NCBI RefSeq assembly: GCF_009914755.1 | Contig: NC_060932.1 | Strand: one strand, 5' to 3' | Length of the DNA: 64,000 bases | Origin: the human T2T-CHM13v2.0 reference genome, Homo sapiens | Shown here: positions 40,190 to 57,867 of the stretch, one piece after another | Numbering within the stretch: position 1 is the first letter of the stretch | Layout of the letters: every line of letters starts with the position of its first letter | The notes under the pieces: model-generated | Told to the model about the DNA's origin: nothing | Seen by the model: only the letters and a program-made list of their open reading frames with translations | Databases searched by the model: none | Position numbers and translations under genes: made by a program

Positions 40190-41444
40190 TTAATTTTAAT
40201 ATATTTTGTGGTACAAGTGGTTTTTGGTTACATGGATGAATTATTATATATAGTGGTGAATTCTGAGATTTTAGTGCAACTGTCACCTGAGTAGTGTACA
40301 TTTTACCCAATGTGTAGTTTTTTATCCCACACCCATTTCCCACCCTCTTCCTTCTGAGTCTCCAAAGTCCATTGTATCACTGTGTATGCCTTTGCCTACT
40401 CATAGCTTAGCTCCAACCTACAAGCGAGAACATACAGTATGTGGTTTTCCATTCCTGAGTTACTTCCCTTAGAATAATGGCCTCCAGCTCCAATCAAGTT
40501 GCTTCAAAAAACATTTTTTTTTTTATGGCTAAGTAGTATTTCATTGTGTATATATACCACATTTTCTTTATCCATTCGTTAGTCAATGGGCACTTAGGTT
40601 GATTTCATATCTTTGCAATTGTGAATTGTGCTGCAATAAACATAGGTGTGCATGTGTCTTTTTCATATAATGATTTCTTTTCCTTTGGGTAGATACCTAG
40701 TAGTGGGATTGCTGGATTGAATGGCAGATCTACCTTTAGTTCTTTAAGGAATCTCCATACTGTTTTCCAAAGAGGTTATACTAATTTACATTCCCACCAG
40801 CAGTGTGTAAGCGTTCCCTTTTCACCACATCCACACACACATCTATTGTTTTTTTGACTTTTTAATAATGGTCATTCTTGCAGGAGTAAGGTTGTATCTC
40901 ATTGTGGTTTTAATATGCATTTCTCTGATGATCAGTGATGCTGAGCTTTTTAAAATGTTTGTGGACCATTTGTATATCTTCTTTTGATAAATATTAATGT
41001 CATTTTTTATGGGATTATTTGTTTTTTTTATTGCTAGTTTGTTTGAGTTCCTTGTAGATACTGGATAATAGTCTTTTGTTGGATGCATAGCTTTGCAAAT
41101 ATTTTCTCCATTCTGTGGGTTGTCTCTTTACTCTGATGATTATCTCTTTTGCTCTGCAGAAGATTTTTAGTTTAATTAGGCCCCATTCATTTATTTTTGT
41201 TGTTGTTGCATTTGCTTTTGGGTTTTAGTCATGAATCCTTTGCCTAGGCCAATGTCCAGAAGAGTTTTGCCAAGGTTATTTTCTAGAATTTTTATGGATT
41301 CAGGCTTTAGATTTGTCTTTGATCCATCTTGAGTTGATTTTTTTTTAATAAGGTGAGAGATAGGGATCCAGTTTCATTCTACATGTGGCTATCCAGTTTT
41401 CCCAGCACCATTTATTAAATAGGGTGTCCTTTCCCCAATTTATT
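40190..41444 (-). mobile_element. 5'-truncated L1PB-type 3' end
   Basis: tagtggtgaattctgagattttagtgca...ttccattcctgagttacttcccttagaataatggcctccagctcc. ORF 40843-41088 contains L1 ORF2 C-terminal SLIIREMHIKTTMRYNLTPARM. Confidence 0.93.
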
Positions 41445-41464
41445 AAAAACTCTGCCTTACTGGT

Positions 41465-41570
41465 CTAGCAAAGACTATGTCTATCTTGTACACTGATATA
41501 TCCTTAGCATACAAAATCGACCCTTAGTAAGTAGGAGGTGCAATAATAATTGATTAGCAAATGAATAAAT
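41465..41570 (+). mobile_element. L2 3' terminus
   Basis: gactatgtctatcttgtacactgatatatccttagca...gtaggaggtgcaataataattg...atgaataaat. Confidence 0.6.
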
Positions 41571-41616
41571 TATATTTATTGAGTATGTGGAAGTTTTTTT
41601 AAAGAATAAACTATTC

Positions 41617-41912
41617 GGCTGGGCATGGTGGCTCATGCCTGTAATCCCAGCACTTTCGGAGGCCGAGGCGGGTGGATCATGAGGTGAGGAGTTGGAGACC
41701 AGCCTGGCCAGGATGGTGAAACCCCGACTCTACTGAAAAATACAAAAATTAGCCGGGCGCAGTGGTGGGCACCTGTAATCCCAGCTACTTGGGAGGCTGA
41801 GGCAAGAGAATTGCTTGAACCCGGGAGGCGGAGTCTGCAGTGAGCCGAGATCACGCCACTGCTCCCCTCTAAGCTGGGCAACAGAGCAAGACTCCATCTG
41901 AAAAAAAAAAAA
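41617..41912 (+). mobile_element. AluSg-like
   Basis: gatcatgaggtgaggagttggagaccagcctggcc. TSD aaagaataaactatt / aaagaataaattatt. Confidence 0.93.
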
Positions 41913-42439
41913 AAAGAATAAATTATTATATAAGTTTGAGACATTATTAAAATTTTTATTTGCCATTGAGTATTTGTTTTCATTCTTGTTTTTTTCTGCT
42001 AGTTCACTCTTGGGTTAAAGATAAAATCAGGAGAAGAGTACTCTGAATCATTCATGTCACAGTCACCATAGATTGAGAATCTCTGACCAGTTTTACTAGA
42101 AGGCTATTTTGTATGCTTTAAGGGATTTTTACACCTGCCCTCAGGACCCTTTCTGTGCTGGCAGGCACAGAGCCCTAATTCTACTCTGAAACATTAGCTT
42201 ATTTTGTTAAGGTTTTGTATTTCAAATGTAAATAACATATGAATAGTATAAACTCATTCCTATACTACCAGGCATTAACGGTTTTCATTAGAATAAGAAG
42301 CACTGCCATTCAGTAAAGCCAGGAGCAGGGATCTGATGTAATGGAGTCCCACAGACACATATGTACAGACACATTTCTTTATGAAGGGCAATAAATGAAG
42401 CCATTGGGCCATGTAATGCCATTTACAAAAAACTATCAA

Positions 42440-42709
42440 GGCCGGGTGCGGTGGCTCACGCTTGTAATCCCAGCACTTTGGGAGGCCAAGGCGGGCGGAT
42501 CACGAGGTCAGGAGATCGAGACCACAGTGAAACCCCTTCTGTACTAAAAATACAAAAAATTAGTCAGGCGTGGTGGCGGGCGCCTGTAGTCCCAGCTACT
42601 CGGAGAGGCTGAGGCAGGAGAATGGCGTGAACCTGGGAGGCGGAGCTTGCAGTGAGCCGAGATCGCGCCACTGCACCCCAGCCTGGGTGACAGAGCGAGA
42701 CTCCGTCTC

Positions 42710-42734
<25 letters not shown>
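42440..42734 (+). mobile_element. AluYd3/Yc3-like
   Basis: 12-bp left-arm deletion (gagaccacagtgaaacccc), cgcttgtaatccc, ctactcggagaggc. (CAAAA)n tail. TSD acaaaaaactatca. Confidence 0.9.
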
Positions 42735-42741
<7 letters not shown>

Positions 42742-42838
42742 ACTATCATTTTAAGGGAAACAGTCTGCAGAGATATAGGTCTGCTATCACTTAACGTGTA
42801 TCATTGTCACACTACTCAATATGAAGCTATGAGAAATA

Positions 42839-45509
<2,671 letters not shown>

Positions 45510-45916
45510 ACATTTTTTAAAAATAGTTACATAACTAAAAAGCTTTTTCAAGCTTTGATTTCTACCCCCAACTCAAGAAATAGTCTGCTCCCAAATTCAT
45601 CCTTCTGCTTCTTGAAAAGCAGAAAACTATTTGCAACTGTAAATTCACAGTATTTTCACTTTCAAGATTAACAATAACCACAAAAATCTAGGAATCTCAT
45701 CGTCAACCACAATATCTCATATCATATAAATCCAATCTATTCACAGTCCATCAAATGTTTCGAATAACAAGAAACTAAAAATAATAGTTTCAGTGTATTA
45801 CATCTGTATTGTTACTTTAGACATTATGATATGTGTTTGCAGGTATATATATTCCTTAATCCTTCTTCATAAGGTTATGCTTGAAGATTTAACTCAGATA
45901 ATACCATGTAAACTGC

Positions 45917-46238
45917 TGTTATGTAAACAACTAGCTGTTTACTAAAATCCATGCTCTCCTTTACTTAAGTAATAGAACTGTAGCTGTGTTCTTCCTCTCC
46001 TGCTGAAGAAAAACGTTTTGATTTTGTACTTACTCTGCTTTCTGATGAAGGACATGATGTTGGTGACAGCAAACACAGAGGCTTTGTCCTAAACGTGGTA
46101 TCAGAGTTGTGATCACTGGTCCTTAAATGACCTCAAGGAGGGTAGTGTTGCATGTGTGAGAAATAACTTATTTTGCTTGAATTAGTGAATTTTAGGGACC
46201 CTTTCTTAACAGCAGCTGACATTATCCTAATATAAACA
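45917..46238 (+). mobile_element. Old MLT1 LTR (degenerate)
   Basis: catgtgtgagaaataacttattttgcttgaa...ttaacagcagctgacattatcctaatataaaca (MLT1-type 3' end). Confidence 0.5.
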
Positions 46239-47614
46239 TTAAGAAAAATTCCTCGAACATAGAAACAGCTAGCTATTATTACCATTTTTATTGCTAGAAG
46301 TCATTATCCTTACAACAGGCCTGTTTTTTGATGAGAATTATGGTAGATGATATAGTGAGTATAGGAAAACTATGTGCTAAACAAATCAGAAGTTAATTTC
46401 TAATGAATGAAACAAGGAGGCTCAGCGGAGGAGATGAACATTCTCCTAGTTGTTATTTTGATTACTAATTTGAAATCTGGCTTATTTTTGGTAATTATAT
46501 TTTTTTCTTGTTCTGAAAATTTATGATAAGGGGAAGCTGAAAATAGCAAATGCCAATACAAGTAGAGGGATTCAGAATAAAACATCTACAAGAAGGGAAG
46601 CTGGTCCAGCACATAACTCTCCCCGTAGATGAAGGATTCCATAAGTCTAAATTCTAAGGGAATGGGAGAAAAAACACCAGCTTGCACTTTTCAGTTCTCA
46701 TGGCAAGGATTGACTCTTTGGAAAGCACACTATTTCTAAGAGGGCCATCCCAGAAAAGGTCATGAACTGTTCTGATTGTGGTGTGTATGCATTGGGGCCA
46801 GGATATGGAAGAAGTGTTCTGTGCTCCATGTAAATATGGGCTCTTCTGTCCATATATCAATGAGGCATTTTCTCTTATCCCACCAGCTTTCCTCATTATT
46901 CCTTCCTTCCAAAATAGTCTAGGCTAAAACTGCTTAGACTAAGAAAAAGGAGAAAAGTAAGCAATTGGGAAAGCCTCCGAAAGGAAGAATTTGGGCATAG
47001 CTTTGGGGAGCAAGACTCCTTTTTTCTGTTTTTTCTCTTCTCTACAGTGACACTACCTTGTGTGGTTCCAACAAGCCCTACATGTTCAGGAAAACCTGCA
47101 TCTCATTTCTGCTGAAATATGTTTTCAATTTAGGATTTGAGTTTCCAGATTGACTTGTTAACATCTAAAGAACTCAATGTCATTGTGACATAATGTTCCC
47201 CCAAGGCCAGGTAGCCATCAGCAGAGAAATGGACAGTGATTAGCTAGCTGTCAGTGGTCAAAGGTGCTGATGTGACTGCGGAAACCAACGTGGGAAAACG
47301 GAGAAGAAAGTAGGGAAAAACAGGGGTTTCTTGGGGGAAGGAGCTGAAGGGTTTGTTAGAAGATAAAATATGAGAAGGGACTAGATGGAAAAAGATGCAA
47401 ATATTACAGATAATTTAGAATGTGTTTGAAAAACAACTTTCAACAGAAAAATATTTTCAGAAATACATTTTCAAAACAAAGGGGTAGGAACCAGAACAAA
47501 AGGAAAGAGTAATCTACATGTGAAGAAATTAGATTAACTAAATTTCTAGGGGCTAATTATGATGTAATTATTTCAAAATATCATGCTAATAATAGCAATT
47601 ACAATAAAAGAACA

Positions 47615-47757
47615 ATTCCAACAATTGCTACCTCTATGTGTGAAGACCTGTTTATATGCCAATCATGTGTCTAGCATTTAATGTAGATCATCTCACTTAA
47701 GTATTTATGGGATTATTAATAGCCCTGTTTTACAGGAGAAAACAAAAATCAACAGGA
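47615..47757 (-). mobile_element. MIR fragment
   Basis: tatatgccaatcatgtgtctagcattt...tattaatagccctgttttacaggagaaaac. Confidence 0.6.
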
Positions 47758-48574
47758 AAAATAGGTTTCCTCTTTCCCTGTATTCTTTCTTCCCTAAAAC
47801 AGTGGTTTGATTGAGATGTAGTTAACTGTATTTGAAAAGGAAAATGATATCACAGAAGTATATCTCAAGTCATGTGCAGATGGAAGGAGGGAACCATCCC
47901 ATTATAATTGTTTTGCCAGTGATGAAGATATTGTTAGTGAGATTTGTTTAATTATTATGTATACATATGAATTCTGTCTCCCCCCTTCCATATCACCCCT
48001 GGAGCCACTTCATTTCTCTCCACTGCACATTCTGTGACCCCTGGTTGAGCTTTCCTTAAAGCAGCCATGCCTGTTACCTCCAAGGAAATGCTCTGATTGA
48101 TTCTGCATGACTTGTTGTGTCTTAGGGACAGTTGCTCCCCAAATTTCACCCCTTACTTAATTGAGAACCATGAGAGAAAGATTTCTCTTGGAGTACATTT
48201 CTGTTAATGGAAGAAAGGCTTGGAGAGCAGACAGTCCCTTTCCAGTGTTTGGCTTGAGAGCTATCTGGGAGAAAAGGAAATATCATTTGCTCAGCAGAGG
48301 TTTCTGTTCACTATTTTGAGTATTCTGGACCATGGAATTTGTCTTACCATATAGATATATTTGCCCTTAAAAACTGTGGAAGAGGCCACTCTGAAAAATT
48401 AGGAAGTTACACATTTTATTATCGGTGCCTTCACAATTTTCTTTTAAGTCCCCTTTTCTCCTTTATCCCTTACCCCGATCCTACTCTATTTCATTGTGAT
48501 TTAAGTTTATTTATGAGTGAGTTTGTGTTTAAATAGAAAATTAGGTCAAGAAGGCAGAAAATTCAAATCGAAGA

Positions 48575-48732
48575 TCAAGTAGATCTGGAATCACATATCC
48601 AATACTACTTCTTAGTAGCTTTGTGACTTTGGTCTTATCTCTGAGTTTCTTAAAATGAACTCTAAAATGTGGAAAATAAAGCCTACCTTTTATAGTCATC
48701 GTGTAAATTTTATGAGATAGGCTGTGAACAGG
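48575..48732 (+). mobile_element. MIR fragment
   Basis: cttagtagctttgtgactttgg...tctctgagtttc...ctaaaatgtggaaaataaagcctacc. Confidence 0.65.
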
Positions 48733-48884
48733 CTGCGCTTTTTTGCAAATAGCGACCCCTCAATTAATAGTAGTTTACATTTCTGAACTCTAAAAAAGCC
48801 TTTTAAAGTCAAAAAATATAGTTACTATAATGGACCACTATTCTGTGGAAAATGCATTAGTGGAATTTCTCAACTAGAACAAAT

Positions 48885-49117
48885 ACTTGCTTTTTCTGTG
48901 CCCACAGTACTTTCTTCAAGTCAGTAGCATAGCACTTACCGTGCTATATTAACTCACTATTAACGTGTATGGTTTCTACTAGATTATCAATTCCTTGACA
49001 GTTGGAACTATCTCTTTTTAATTTTTATGTTATTCTGTATTTTATATTCCGGTATTTTATTATTTAGTATTACTTTCTATTATTTTGTATTATTAGATGC
49101 TTAATACTTATTGGCTG
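48885..49117 (+). mobile_element. L2 3' fragment
   Basis: catagcacttacc...ctactagattatcaattccttgacagttggaactatctc...tagatgcttaatacttattgg. Confidence 0.6.
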
Positions 49118-52100
49118 TGCATTAATCTGCTTAGTGCTACACACTCTTATCCCTTATAGAAGCCAATCTTTTATCCAGGTCCATGGCTAAGTTTGCTTTT
49201 TAAGACTTGCAATGAATACATTCTTCTAAAATATTCTTGTCTTCCTCTTTCTTTATGGAGTATCTTTCTAATGAAAAATGACCTAACCTAGATGACACAG
49301 GATACCAACACTTGTGTGTGAGATGCGGCTGCTAGAACAGTACTCTATCAGCCATCTGCAACTTATTACATTTTGATTTTTAACAAAAAATGTTTTTTTC
49401 AAAGGAATTTATTAGAATAAGGAAATGAGTTACAAAAAAAGTAAATGTTTTATCACTGTTGCTCAAAACTTTTAGTTCAGTTTCGGATTTTTCTTTATCA
49501 TTTGGCAACAGAATGGTAGGAAATTAATGAGCTCAACCTCCGAACAAGATAAAATTGGTTGAGTCAATTTGCAGCTTGTTCCAGTTGGGATAATTACTGT
49601 GTGGAGTGATAATTACCACCTAATTCCATATTTTACTGTCTGGGATTTTAGCTGCAGTTAATTCTATTTTCTGCATCTCATATCTGCTTATAAAATCTTC
49701 CTCAAAAAAAATCCTGACAATGGACCAATGAGTTCATTTTATCCACCTTGCTTACTTAGCTTAAACATTTGAGCATTTATATCTATCAAGTTTTGATTGT
49801 TATAACTTTAAAAAAAAACTTTAAACTTTCTGAACAGAAAACACAATAAGGGAATTATATTTTGTCTAAACAAATTTTCTAACCACAAGGTTGTCCTGCC
49901 ATCTGTTTGATATCTCAATGACTTTTCCTAATGTCTTTTCGTTATCTGAAATCAACTGAATGTTTACTGTTACAGATAATTCTTTGTGCTTAGTCTCGTT
50001 ATGCAAACTTTATATTAGGAAGAGGTATTAGTATACACTTTTTAAAATTATCTGTTTCAAAATATTATTATATCTCCTGCTTTTTAAGACCTTGAAGAAG
50101 ACACGTTGGGATGTTGGGTCTGGGTGAGTTGGGTGGATATAAGAATATATTTAATTTACAATAGCCTGACTTTTCAAAAGGCTTCTTCCATTTCATTTCT
50201 CCTTTTTCTTCATAGCCCTACTGAATAGAGAAATGTTTTGCTTTTTCAAAGTTCATAAAACCTATCCTATTCTTTTGGTTTCGTGTTCTCTCTAGATGAC
50301 CAAATTTTGTAAACGTTGTTGAATAATTGGCTCTCTTCTGAGGAAGTTCTTCAGAGGTCGGAGGCTAATGGTATCAAACATCAGGCTGCCTGGTTTCTTG
50401 TAAGGGTGTTTGGTTAAGATCAAGATCTCAGATAAGAGTGAAGTTGCTGGGAAAGGAAATGGCTTCAAATACAGCACAGCAACAGTAGGGAGCAGAGAGA
50501 GGGAGATCCACGGAACACATGATGAGTTGTGCTTTGTTTTTCTCTCTAAAATCTTTAGATAATCGAAGTACCTTCATTTAACACAAAAAGAGCTATCTTT
50601 TGAGATATGAGTAAAAATAAGAAAGATTTGCTTTCAGATCTGAACTATCAAGATTAGCAGCAAATCAGATGACTAGAAAGAAACAGTGAAGCAAAACAAA
50701 CAAGTTTCCAGTTCCCTGAGTTCAAACCCAGCCTCCCTGGATTTGGAGGTCAAAGCTCACAGCTCAAAGTGACACCTCCTATTTAAGTGCTTTTCTTCTG
50801 GAGAGTTCAAAGCACCTGACAGACATTAACTATTTTGTGCAGTGAAAGAAGACAAAGATATTATCGAGTGAAGAACTACATTGAAGGATCTGAGTCCTGT
50901 GATCCAACCAGTTTAATAACATCGATTTTATCTTCATATTATTTTCTTCCTATGAACACTTTCAAGGTGATATGCCACTTTAGCCAGTTCCTTGCTTTAT
51001 AGGAAGATAGCTTTATGTAGTTGGAATTTTTTTTCACAAGAGACTTTAGGGTTTTCTCCATGTCACCACAAAGTCACTATGCATGAGATTGTACGCTCTG
51101 CTAATTATACGTCCTCATTTTTTTTCTATTTCTCTCATTTTTCTAATTATTTGTTTCTCATATTTTCACTGATCAAGGACTGTCTTAATAATGTTCAACA
51201 ATCAATTTAGGAGAAAATGCTCAGAAGAACATGAAAAATAATTAAAATGTGATGAGGAAGCAAAGGAGAGTGTTTATAGTGACATTGTAGTTCAACGTCT
51301 TCATTTTACTGAGGAGAAAATTAAAACCCAGACAATGCCAAGTCCTTCATTACCAGAAGAAAAAAAAATACTTTTGTTTATGGCGAAACTTTCCTTTGAA
51401 ACTCCAACTTTACAGGAAGTCCTGATTAGGGCAGTACCTAGCCTGGGAATGGCTGCTCCCCTAGATCTGCGGCTACATAATCTGCACAGTCATGAGCAGC
51501 TATGCCTGCTCAGGACTTGCGCTCTTCCTCCGGGAAAGGAGAATCATAACTTAAATGATGGCCGTGTCTTTCAGCTCTAAATGACTAGACTCTCCTGGTA
51601 TTTCTCCCTTGGATACTATGATTACACTTTGTTCTGCAGTAGTTATGACCTCAAAGCCCATGGCTTATATAGAATCAGTGAGTCACATCTGGCTCACTTT
51701 GTACACATCAACCCAGTTGCCACACTGGCTGTGTTTCTAAAATGCCAGGTGCTATTCTGGCAAGCAAATGAAGACCTTAGTGGACTAGTTGTTTCTGCCA
51801 GCAGATCATTCTACTATCCAGCTCTACTGATCTCTGCAATGCTAAGGACACATCACTACATTCCTCTGTATCTAACCATCCTTTCAGCAGCAACTGGGGT
51901 CCATTTCCTCTATGTAGCTTTGCCTGATTCCCTATACTTCTGACCATGATATAACCAGGTTATGTCGTGTCGTTGGGCATAAAAGTAGATGCCTAATAAA
52001 TTCTTTAAACTTTTCTCTTTTAATAAATTTTTGGTTACAAGAAAACACTTCTTCCTTATTTTTATCATTTTATTCACTTTCTCCCCACCCACTGTGACAA

Positions 52101-52129
52101 TGGTTGCTTGAGTGTGACTGATATTAGAC

Positions 52130-52322
52130 TAGCTTTACATAGGCTTATTCATATACATTGCATTTTAATTCTCACAATTACGTTGTTAGATAGGTGTTAT
52201 TATCTCCAATTTTCAAAGGGGAAAATGAAAGCCCAAAGAGATTGAACAAATTGCGTTGGGGTCACATAGACAGTGTCAGAGTAGACATTCAAGACAGGAT
52301 GTAGGGCCGTAGACTGAGAACA
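52130..52322 (-). mobile_element. MIR
   Basis: tttaattctcacaa...ataggtgttattatctccaattttcaaaggggaaaatgaaagcccaaagagattgaacaaattg. Confidence 0.8.
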
Positions 52323-52413
52323 CCTTCCCTCCTCCATGATGTCTCCTTTTCCTAAGACAATGTAACAGTGATGCTTTATACAAACTCTTCCACACATTAA
52401 AAATGCTGAGATT

Positions 52414-52707
<294 letters not shown>

Positions 52708-53659
52708 AAAGTGCTGAGATAAGTTTTTTTCTTCGCTACTACAGCTTTACTCTCAGGGATATCCCCCTTAGTGGCCCTCCTTCGCTGAAAGTGCTCAGGA
52801 TTTCTCATTGTCCTCACACTCTCAGCTTCCTCCCATACCCCTCCTATCATGCTTACCCGGATCCTTTAAGCTCATTCACACTGAAGTAGAAATGACTGCT
52901 AAGGCTTCATGTATTATTTCTTCTTTCATAGGAACTTGGAATTCCCAGGTGGCAAATGCTAAGTCAAAGAGATGATTTTCAACTGGGTAAGGTTCAGACA
53001 TACATATACCAGAGAATGTGGGAGTCTCCAAACACACTGCCTGACTCATATTTTCTCTCACAAAGGGTCACAAGATAAAAATAATTATTTGAGAGGAGGA
53101 CATTGTCTTTCCCCTAGGTAGATTCCAAGATCATATCCTGGTTTTCCAGGTCTCAGGATCATTCCATCACAGCAGTGGTCTTTGTAAAATATTGTACAGA
53201 TGTTAAATCTACAGGTTGAGAATAAACCAGGTTAGTGTCCCAATGTGAGTATAATCCAAAGTCCAGATGCTCTCCTCAGAGCAACTCTATAGTAACAGTG
53301 AAACAAACAGGTGCAGGGCAGGTGTAATGGGATGAAGACAGCCTCAACAAGGGACTTTTACGTAGGTGTCAGAAAATACACATAAAAATAACAGCTCATA
53401 CCATTCCAATATTTTATATTTTCCCTATTAAATCATTTTATTGAAACTAACGGTAAAGTAAATCCATCAGCATTTTCTGAGTACTGTACCCAACTCCAAA
53501 AAATCCTTTTTTTCTTTCTTTTCCTCCTGATTACTCAACTTTGATTATTTTTTCTTACTTATCATACTCCTCCAATTCATCTGCTTTGTGAAATCTGGTT
53601 GCCTCCACAGCATCTACTACACCCTTTATACACTCTGTAGCTGCCATAAGGTTAGGGCA

Positions 53660-54095
53660 GGGTTAACCAACCTACTTCTAAATGTAGGGGAGGTTGACAT
53701 GACCTCTCCTCCTTGCAACACTGGTTGGCTCAAAGATGAGCTTGTAACACAGGCCTATTTCAGTGACTCTCTAGGCTTAGGATCTAAGTTAGGTCCAATC
53801 ATAGTGAAACTCTTGGCTTTTGTTTGTTAGTCAATGGAGGATAATTTACACCTTTTTCTGGATGATGTGCAGATGTAAGACCTAAGATAATTGTAGCCAT
53901 TTTGCTATTATGAAAAATGCCAATCCGGGAAAAACACCTACTAAGACATCAGAAGAAAAGCCAAGAAGAGAGAATTGCAGAACAGTAGAGCTAGAGCATT
54001 GATCAAACCACACCTGCAACTACAAATGGTCTTTTCATTTAAAAGCCAATAAATCATCTTTATTATTTAAATCCATTAAGTTGTATTTATCTACT
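53660..54095 (+). mobile_element. Old MLT1 (K/L-like) LTR
   Basis: gtccaatcatagtgaaactctt...gtagccattttgcta...ttgatcaaaccacacctg...agccaataaatc. Confidence 0.65.
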
Positions 54096-54284
54096 TCTTC
54101 CTCCAAAACAATGCAAAATGACAAGCCAAATATCAAATCACACTATATTGGTACTTGTACCTCAAGGCACATATATACTTCTTTTTTTATATTTAGCATT
54201 AGCTTATATACAGTAAAATGCACTATTTTTGAATATCCATTTGGGCAATGTGTATACTATCACATAAATAACATTTTAATTAAG

Positions 54285-55117
<833 letters not shown>

Positions 55118-56591
55118 TAAAAAATTTAGAACATTTCTCTTTTCTCAGAAAGTTTGCTCACACACATTTCCAGTCAGTTTTCTCTCTACCATAAGGCTCC
55201 ACCACTCTTCTGATTTTTTTCACCATAGTTTATTTCTGCCTGCTCTTAAACTTCATAGAAATAAATTCATACATAGTATGCTTTGTTTCTGACTCCTCTT
55301 GCTCAGCATGATGTTTTCAAAATCCTTGCTTTTGTGTATATCAGTAGTATGTTCCTTTCATTGCTGAGTAGTGCTTCATTGTGGTAACTACATGACAATT
55401 TGTATATTCATTCTCTTTGATGAACTTTTGAGTTGTTTCTAGTTGGGACAAATGTAAATATAGTCTCACCATACGTTTTTGTACAAAACTTCTTGTGGTC
55501 ACGTATTTTCTTTTCTTTCAGTTAAATACTTAAGAGTAGAAATGTTGGGTTATATGATAGATGTATTTAACTTTATCAAAAAAATCAGTCTTTATCAAAC
55601 TTGTTGAACAATTTTTCATTATCACTAGTAACGTGTGAATGTTCCAGTTACCCAAAAACCTGTCAACACTTGAAATTGTCAGGCTTTATAATTTGAGCCA
55701 CTTTAGTGCCTATGTTGTGATATTGCATTATGGCTTTAATATGCAATTCTCTAAACGATAATGAACATTTTTCATATGTTCAATTGGCCATTTGTGTGTG
55801 CCTTTGATGGAGTGTCAGTTTAAATCTTTGGTCTAATTTTCATATACTTAAACTGTCAATTGTCTTTTTTTAATTAAGGAATTAATATATATTATATATA
55901 TACTTTTGTATTTATCCAAATACTTGTGTTGCTTTTATCTCAATTCCTTCATGTCAATCAGATATTTCTTTGCCTATGTATCAGTTTTATTTAGCTAAAA
56001 CATCCTTTGGCATTTATCATAGTGGGGTCAATTTGTGATAATTCTTTCAGCTATCATTTGTCTGAAAATATTTTTATTTCACCTTATTTTAAAAGGACAT
56101 TTTCACTAAAGAATTTTAGATTACCTTATTTTTCTTTCAGCACTTTGATATTATTTTATTTTTTCCTTGTTTGTGTTGTGTCTTGTATGTTAGGTATTAT
56201 CCTTAGTATTGTTTCCTGTATTTAATGTCATTTTTGTTTATGTGTGGCTTATTGTGTTTTTCTTAATATATTCTGCTTTGGATTCACTGAACTTCTTGGA
56301 TATGTGGGTTTACATTTTTCACCAAATTTGCATAATTTATGGTCATTATTTCCTCAAACTTATTTTTGTCTCCTAATAGTTTCTGCTTACTTCCTCGGAT
56401 TCTAATTCCATGTGTTAGGCTTGATATTATTCCTTGGGTCATTTAGGCTCTGTTCACTAAAAAAAAAAAAATTTCCCATTGTTTCTGATTAATTTCTGTT
56501 GACATATTTTCAAGTTTTCTGATGTTTTATTTTCTTGTGTCTTCTTTTTCTTTACTCCGAATCCTTCTAATGCACTTTTAAATATTTAAGC

Positions 56592-56830
56592 TCTCATGCA
56601 GGTCCAAAAATGGCTTTAGAGAGCAGAGAAAGGGGAACGGCTTGTCTTTTATCATGATTGGGAGGTAAGGCTGGGGCGAGGGCTCCCGAGTGCTGTGCAG
56701 GCCATGCCAAAGGAGGGGGAACTCAACTTTCTTATCAGTTTACCCAAACATGGGAGGCAGAAAAAGAAGGGGAACTGATGGGGCTTGGAAGCTATCACCA
56801 AACATCAAAAATGACAACAATCCTCCTATT
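56592..56830 (-). mobile_element. ERV1-type LTR fragment (MER67-like, tentative)
   Basis: Composition shift inside AT-rich L1. aagctatcaccaaacatcaaaaatg resembles the recalled MER67 terminus. Confidence 0.45.
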
Positions 56831-56874
56831 ATATAGCTTCTGACTCTAATCTCTACACATTCAATCCAGTCCCC

Positions 56875-57050
56875 ATGTTTTATTTTACTTCCTGGCACTT
56901 ACTACCATCCTTTGATTATATATTTACTTGTAGATTGTCTCTCTATCACTCACAGGATGAAACATGAAAAAAGAAGTTTTGTTCACTACTGTGTCCAATG
57001 TGTCTAGAACAGTACCAAACTGAGTTTCATAAATGTTTGTTTGTTAAATT
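56875..57050 (+). mobile_element. L2 3' terminus
   Basis: tttgttcactactgtgtccaatgtgtctagaacagtacc...cataaatgtttgttt. Confidence 0.75.
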
Positions 57051-57867
57051 ATTTGGAGGAAAATGTAATAAGACTAACACTTAAGCTTTATGGAGTATCT
57101 TTCCTATAGCACTGCACTTGGTTTGATTAAAAGGAAACCTCTAAGAATATCTTTTAACTCCTAGTCTTCAGGTTATAAAACCCTCGGTAACCTCTAAGCC
57201 AGCAAATCTTCCTGCTTCATCCATGAGTTGGGAAGTTCTGTCTCACTGCCTATTTACATTTACCTTCCATCAGCTTGTTTTTCTTGTTCTGCATTGAACT
57301 TCTTGTCAGCACCATAAGAAAGAATGCTCAGTGAGAAAAGGAAAAGCAACAATGTGGTTGAACTACCTATTCCCATTTCTCTATAGGGTCAAGTCCTACA
57401 TCTGCTTTGGAAGACATATTCCTTTTACTTGTTTATTTACTTTTCAAACCACTCACTCCAGGTCCCTCATTTCAGCTAGCTCCTCATCAAGCAAAGGGTT
57501 TTCTCACCTCCTTGGTTGAATGTAGATACTTGAGTTAATCATTAGGACCCCTTTCTTAATTTATTTTAGCAACTCCCTAGCAACTGGTTTCTTTGTAGTT
57601 ACATTACCATTTACACCAGAACTATAAATTGCAGAAATGGCTAGTGGTTTTATTATCCAATTCTTAGTCAGACTTTCTGTTGATTTCTCTTGTGACACCA
57701 TAATGTGAATGGTATGAAGATAACACAGATGACAAATAAGCAGGAGGGGGAAGGGGAGCACTGAGATTTTTCTCGTATTGTTGCTCCACCTGTTGTTCAT
57801 ACTGAAAAATCTCTATTTTACTGAATAATCCTTCTTTTTTTCCTCTATGCCATTCAAAAGTTATTGT

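Noticed and set aside
49200-52100. Repeat-poor stretch possibly holding exons
   Set aside because: No convincing ORF, splice-bounded exon or structured RNA recognisable from sequence alone. lncRNA exons cannot be excluded without transcript data.
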